Below, in pieces: positions 24,289 through 24,341 of a stretch of DNA of 24,341 bases; position 1 is the stretch's first letter, and the number at the start of each line of letters is the position of its first letter. This stretch comes from Actinophytocola sp. GTDB lineage: Bacteria; Actinomycetota; Actinomycetes; Mycobacteriales; Pseudonocardiaceae. Location: NCBI RefSeq assembly GCF_035712165.1, contig NZ_DASTBH010000307.1:1-24341 (forward strand), written 5' to 3'. A model generated the notes under the pieces. It was not told the DNA's origin, ran no database searches, and saw only the letters and a list, made by a program, of their open reading frames with translations. Both the position numbers and the translations under genes were made by a program.

Positions 24289-24341
24289 ATGCACGAGGTG
24301 ACAGCGCTTCTCCGCGAGTACGACCGTGCCCGGACCTACAC
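24289..24341 (+). CDS. 5' end of an unidentified gene (MHEVTALLREYDRARTY...). It runs off the window end.
   Basis: The ATG at 24289 is preceded by GGAGGTG with a 5-nt spacer. The frame remains open to the end of the window. Confidence 0.35.
   Translation, partial: MHEVTALLREYDRARTY

Noticed and set aside
1-24341. A search for CRISPR arrays, rRNA/tRNA genes, IS elements or integrases, and toxin–antitoxin or restriction-modification genes.
   Set aside because: No direct-repeat/spacer arrays, no transposase or integrase-like ORFs and no terminal inverted repeats were seen. No recognisable defense-system enzymes were seen. The only repeats are the intragenic FG-GAP duplication and short operator-like palindromes.

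Overview
This is a ~24.3 kb high-GC (about 72%) actinomycete chromosomal segment with strong third-position GC bias in real genes. It resembles Streptomyces or Micromonosporaceae. There is no rRNA, tRNA, CRISPR array or IS/transposase. Most long ORFs in the six-frame track are antisense or out-of-frame shadow ORFs produced by high GC content. I annotated genes by recognisable motifs and third-position GC.

Gene order:
- Partial LacI regulator (minus strand).
- HTH–NB-ARC–TPR STAND-type regulator (minus strand).
- Cytochrome P450 (minus strand).
- AT-rich intergenic island with a 17-bp palindrome.
- He_PIG/Ig-like secreted protein and a DUF574-type SAM methyltransferase (minus strand).
- Small secreted protein with a TTA codon, followed by a Wzy_C O-antigen-ligase-family membrane protein (minus strand).
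- DHA2 MFS efflux transporter preceded by a 29-codon leader ORF with a perfect Shine-Dalgarno sequence (minus strand).
- Orphan family-5 ABC substrate-binding lipoprotein containing a TTA codon (minus strand).
- LVIVD-repeat beta-propeller secreted protein, AraC regulator and secreted S33-type alpha/beta hydrolase (plus strand).
- M23 peptidase with C-terminal FG-GAP repeats, and a hypothetical protein (minus strand).
- About 1.2 kb of lower-GC DNA with no convincing coding frame.
- An unusual single-ORF fusion of an SPFH (stomatin-like) domain to an HSL-family esterase (plus strand).
- Two tandem paralogous GAF–ANTAR regulators downstream of an acyl-CoA desaturase (minus strand).
- A short membrane ORF and the 5' end of another gene.

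The most interesting candidates are the SPFH–esterase fusion, the leader-ORF/MFS arrangement, the Wzy_C plus small-secreted-protein pair, the desaturase/GAF-ANTAR module and the 1.2 kb non-coding gap.
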